Part shown: positions 52,615 to 54,209 of the stretch, piece after piece
How the letters are laid out: each line of letters opens with the position of its first letter
Position numbering within the stretch: the stretch's first letter is position 1
Virus record (IMG/VR): IMGVR_UViG_3300037440_000524
Coordinates: 1 to 54,209 of that record
DNA from: a virus
Taxonomy: Duplodnaviria > Caudoviricetes
DNA length: 54,209 bases
Strand: one strand, 5' to 3'
Notes under the pieces: model-generated
What the model saw: only the letters and a program-made list of their open reading frames with translations
What the model was told of the DNA's origin: nothing
Database searches by the model: none
Made by a program: the position numbers and the translations under genes

Positions 52615-53360
52615 CCGTGAACGATATCAGGATCGACGATGACCGCCTGGCTCAGCTCGTCGGCCTCACGCTGCACAGAGGCAGCCACTCGAATTTCTCC
52701 GACGGACACTGCGCGATGGAAGTGGTCTCGTGGCTCGCCCGAGAACGCCATTCCGACCACCCGAAGTGCGCCTGCCCGATCATTGCCAGGTTCGTGCGCA
52801 GGTGGAACGACGGACTGCCGGACGACGCAACGCGCACTCGTCTGCTCCTGCCACTGGCCCCACGACTCGTTGGCTCGCGTTCGACGTCAGCTGTCGAGCA
52901 GGCGCGCGCCTGGCTGGCCACCGACTGGCTGGTCCGCGTACTCACGCCGGCGTTCCTAGAGTTGTCCCCGTCGCTCCGTTATCACGCGCGCACGCTGAGC
53001 GGCCTGCCTCCCGTCTTGTCGCGCGAGGCGGCGATCGCGGCGCAGCCGGCGCTCAACGAGGCGCGCTCTGCCAGTAACGCAGCCTGGGACGCAGCCTGGG
53101 ACGCAGCCGGGGACGCAGCCTGGGTCGCAGCCTGGGTCGCAGCCTGGGACGCAGCCTGGGACGCAGCCAGGGACGCAGCCTGGGACGCAGCCTGGGACGC
53201 AGCCTGGGACGCGGCCGGGGTCGCGGCCGGGGACGCGGCCGGGGTCGCGGCCGGGGACGCAGCCAGGGCCGCGCTGCGCGGGGTCGTCGATCGGCTACAG
53301 GGTTCCGCGGTTGATCTGGTCGATCGGATGCTATCCGTGAGCACAGCAGAGGCTGCCTAA
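52611..53360 (+). CDS. Hypothetical protein with AAWD repeat tract
   Basis: L..GSH.....CAMEVVSWLA.E.HSDHP.CACP...WND.L conserved-looking domain. Confidence 0.8.
   Translation: MTVNDIRIDDDRLAQLVGLTLHRGSHSNFSDGHCAMEVVSWLARERHSDHPKCACPIIARFVRRWNDGLPDDATRTRLLLPLAPRLVGSRSTSAVEQARAWLATDWLVRVLTPAFLELSPSLRYHARTLSGLPPVLSREAAIAAQPALNEARSASNAAWDAAWDAAGDAAWVAAWVAAWDAAWDAARDAAWDAAWDAAWDAAGVAAGDAAGVAAGDAARAALRGVVDRLQGSAVDLVDRMLSVSTAEAA
53079..53270 (+). repeat. 12-bp tandem repeat, 16 units
   Basis: GC(A/G)GCC(T/G/A)GGG(A/T)C encoding AA(W/G/R)(D/V). Confidence 0.95.
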
Positions 53361-53548
53361 TGCTTGCCCTAGTCATCCTCGGCGCCACAGTCGCCCTAGG
53401 TCTGCCGCGACTCGAGCGGTACCTCCTGCGCAAGGAGATCGAGCGGCAGCTGGACCGGGAGCTGAGACGGATCGGATTTCGCCGTATCAACCGTGGCTGG
53501 CAGCGGCTGGACGTAAGGTCGGCGCTGCGTAGGGAGTGTGGACGATGA
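53360..53548 (+). CDS. Small membrane protein
   Basis: N-terminal hydrophobic segment; coupled. Confidence 0.5.
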   Translation: MLALVILGATVALGLPRLERYLLRKEIERQLDRELRRIGFRRINRGWQRLDVRSALRRECGR

Positions 53549-53748
53549 GCCAGGATATGGTGAAAGCCGCCGACGATTTGCTCGCCATCGTCGAGCGACT
53601 AGCGCGCGAACGAAGTGATCTCAAGTCGGAGAACATTCAGCTCCGCGAAGCCGTCCGCTGCCTTATCGAGGAGCTGCGAATTTCTCGATTAACCGTCGAG
53701 TTGATGGAGAGGAACAGGGGAGCTATAGCAACAGGAGACAGGCAATGA
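53545..53748 (+). CDS. Coiled-coil hypothetical protein
   Basis: ATGA-coupled. Confidence 0.55.
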   Translation: MSQDMVKAADDLLAIVERLARERSDLKSENIQLREAVRCLIEELRISRLTVELMERNRGAIATGDRQ

Positions 53749-53930
53749 GCGACGCAAAAACAATTGGGAGGATCGAACGCATATATGCCGCTGCAGATCG
53801 GCAGGCGGAGAAATCCCGCCTCAAGGCACAGCTCAAGGCGAGCGTATTGCTACCTGATCTGAGCGATGAGGGCCGCGCGTACGTGATGGCGCGGTTCGGG
53901 GATGGTGCGGAGAAATCCAATGGCGAGTGA
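53745..53930 (+). CDS. Hypothetical protein
   Basis: SD AGGAG; ATGA-coupled. Confidence 0.55.
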   Translation: MSDAKTIGRIERIYAAADRQAEKSRLKAQLKASVLLPDLSDEGRAYVMARFGDGAEKSNGE

Positions 53931-54033
53931 TCGACACAGCAACTGCCCGCGATGCCACGGCGATCGGATCGATCCATCGACAGCCTCAGATCCCTGCCGA
54001 AGGTGCGACGGTCGCGGAACGGTGCCGAGATGA
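53920..54033 (+). CDS. 37-aa DnaJ-type zinc-finger-like peptide (not in ORF track)
   Basis: MASDRHSNCPRCHGDRIDPSTASDPCRRCDGRGTVPR; SD GGAG; ATGA-coupled to the exonuclease. Confidence 0.6.
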   Translation: MASDRHSNCPRCHGDRIDPSTASDPCRRCDGRGTVPR

Positions 54034-54209
54034 TATACGCCGAATACGAGCGCATCAACGCGGTCCGCTGGAGCTTCCTCAAAGCGATGCGGGTGTCGCC
54101 GAGGCAGTATCGGTACGAGCTCGACAAGGTCCGCCCTGACGCTGCGCACTATCGCGTGGGTCGTGCTGCTCATGCGTTTCTTCTAGAGCAGGAAACGTTC
54201 CTGGAGTTC
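53953..54209. repeat. Terminal direct repeat, right copy
   Basis: Matches 1-257 with 3 mismatches. Confidence 0.95.

Noticed and set aside
53079-53270. CRISPR array or diversity-generating retroelement
   Set aside because: No spacers, no cas or reverse transcriptase gene, no template/variable repeat pair; it is an in-frame coding tandem repeat
53927-54139. 70-aa ORF in the track
   Set aside because: Overlaps the better-supported Zn-finger peptide and the repeated exonuclease start in other frames
1-54209. Specific host assignment (e.g. Myxococcota)
   Set aside because: High GC and spanin-like lipoproteins suggest a diderm host, but nothing in the sequence alone fixes the taxon

Overview
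Apparently complete, circular (about 53.95 kb unit plus a 257-bp end overlap), high-GC temperate myovirus-like phage genome. The + strand carries early, recombination and integration genes: RecE-like nuclease, SSB, tyrosine integrase, an attP matching the 3' half of a tRNA-Pro(GGG), small-ORF arrays and a CHAP-type endolysin. The - strand carries a long operon running from the immunity switch through an HNH/SF2-helicase module, tRNA-Thr, an adenine MTase, replication initiator and DnaB, terminase, a DUF1073/DUF2213/DUF2184-type head, a DUF3383-type contractile tail, baseplate, fibres and membrane lysis genes. The most unusual features are: (1) a terminase intein whose interior encodes a complete Zn-finger/HNH endonuclease in a different (+1) reading frame; (2) three free-standing endonuclease genes, each bracketed by a duplicate of the upstream gene's last codons and stop/start junction, synonymously recoded in two cases; (3) an ORF-only antisense HEXXH lipoprotein inserted with a 6-bp duplication; (4) an RHH regulator missing from the ORF track, with palindromic operators, inside the head region; (5) recurrent R-x-D motifs across head proteins. 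All family assignments come from motif recognition by eye, not database searches.
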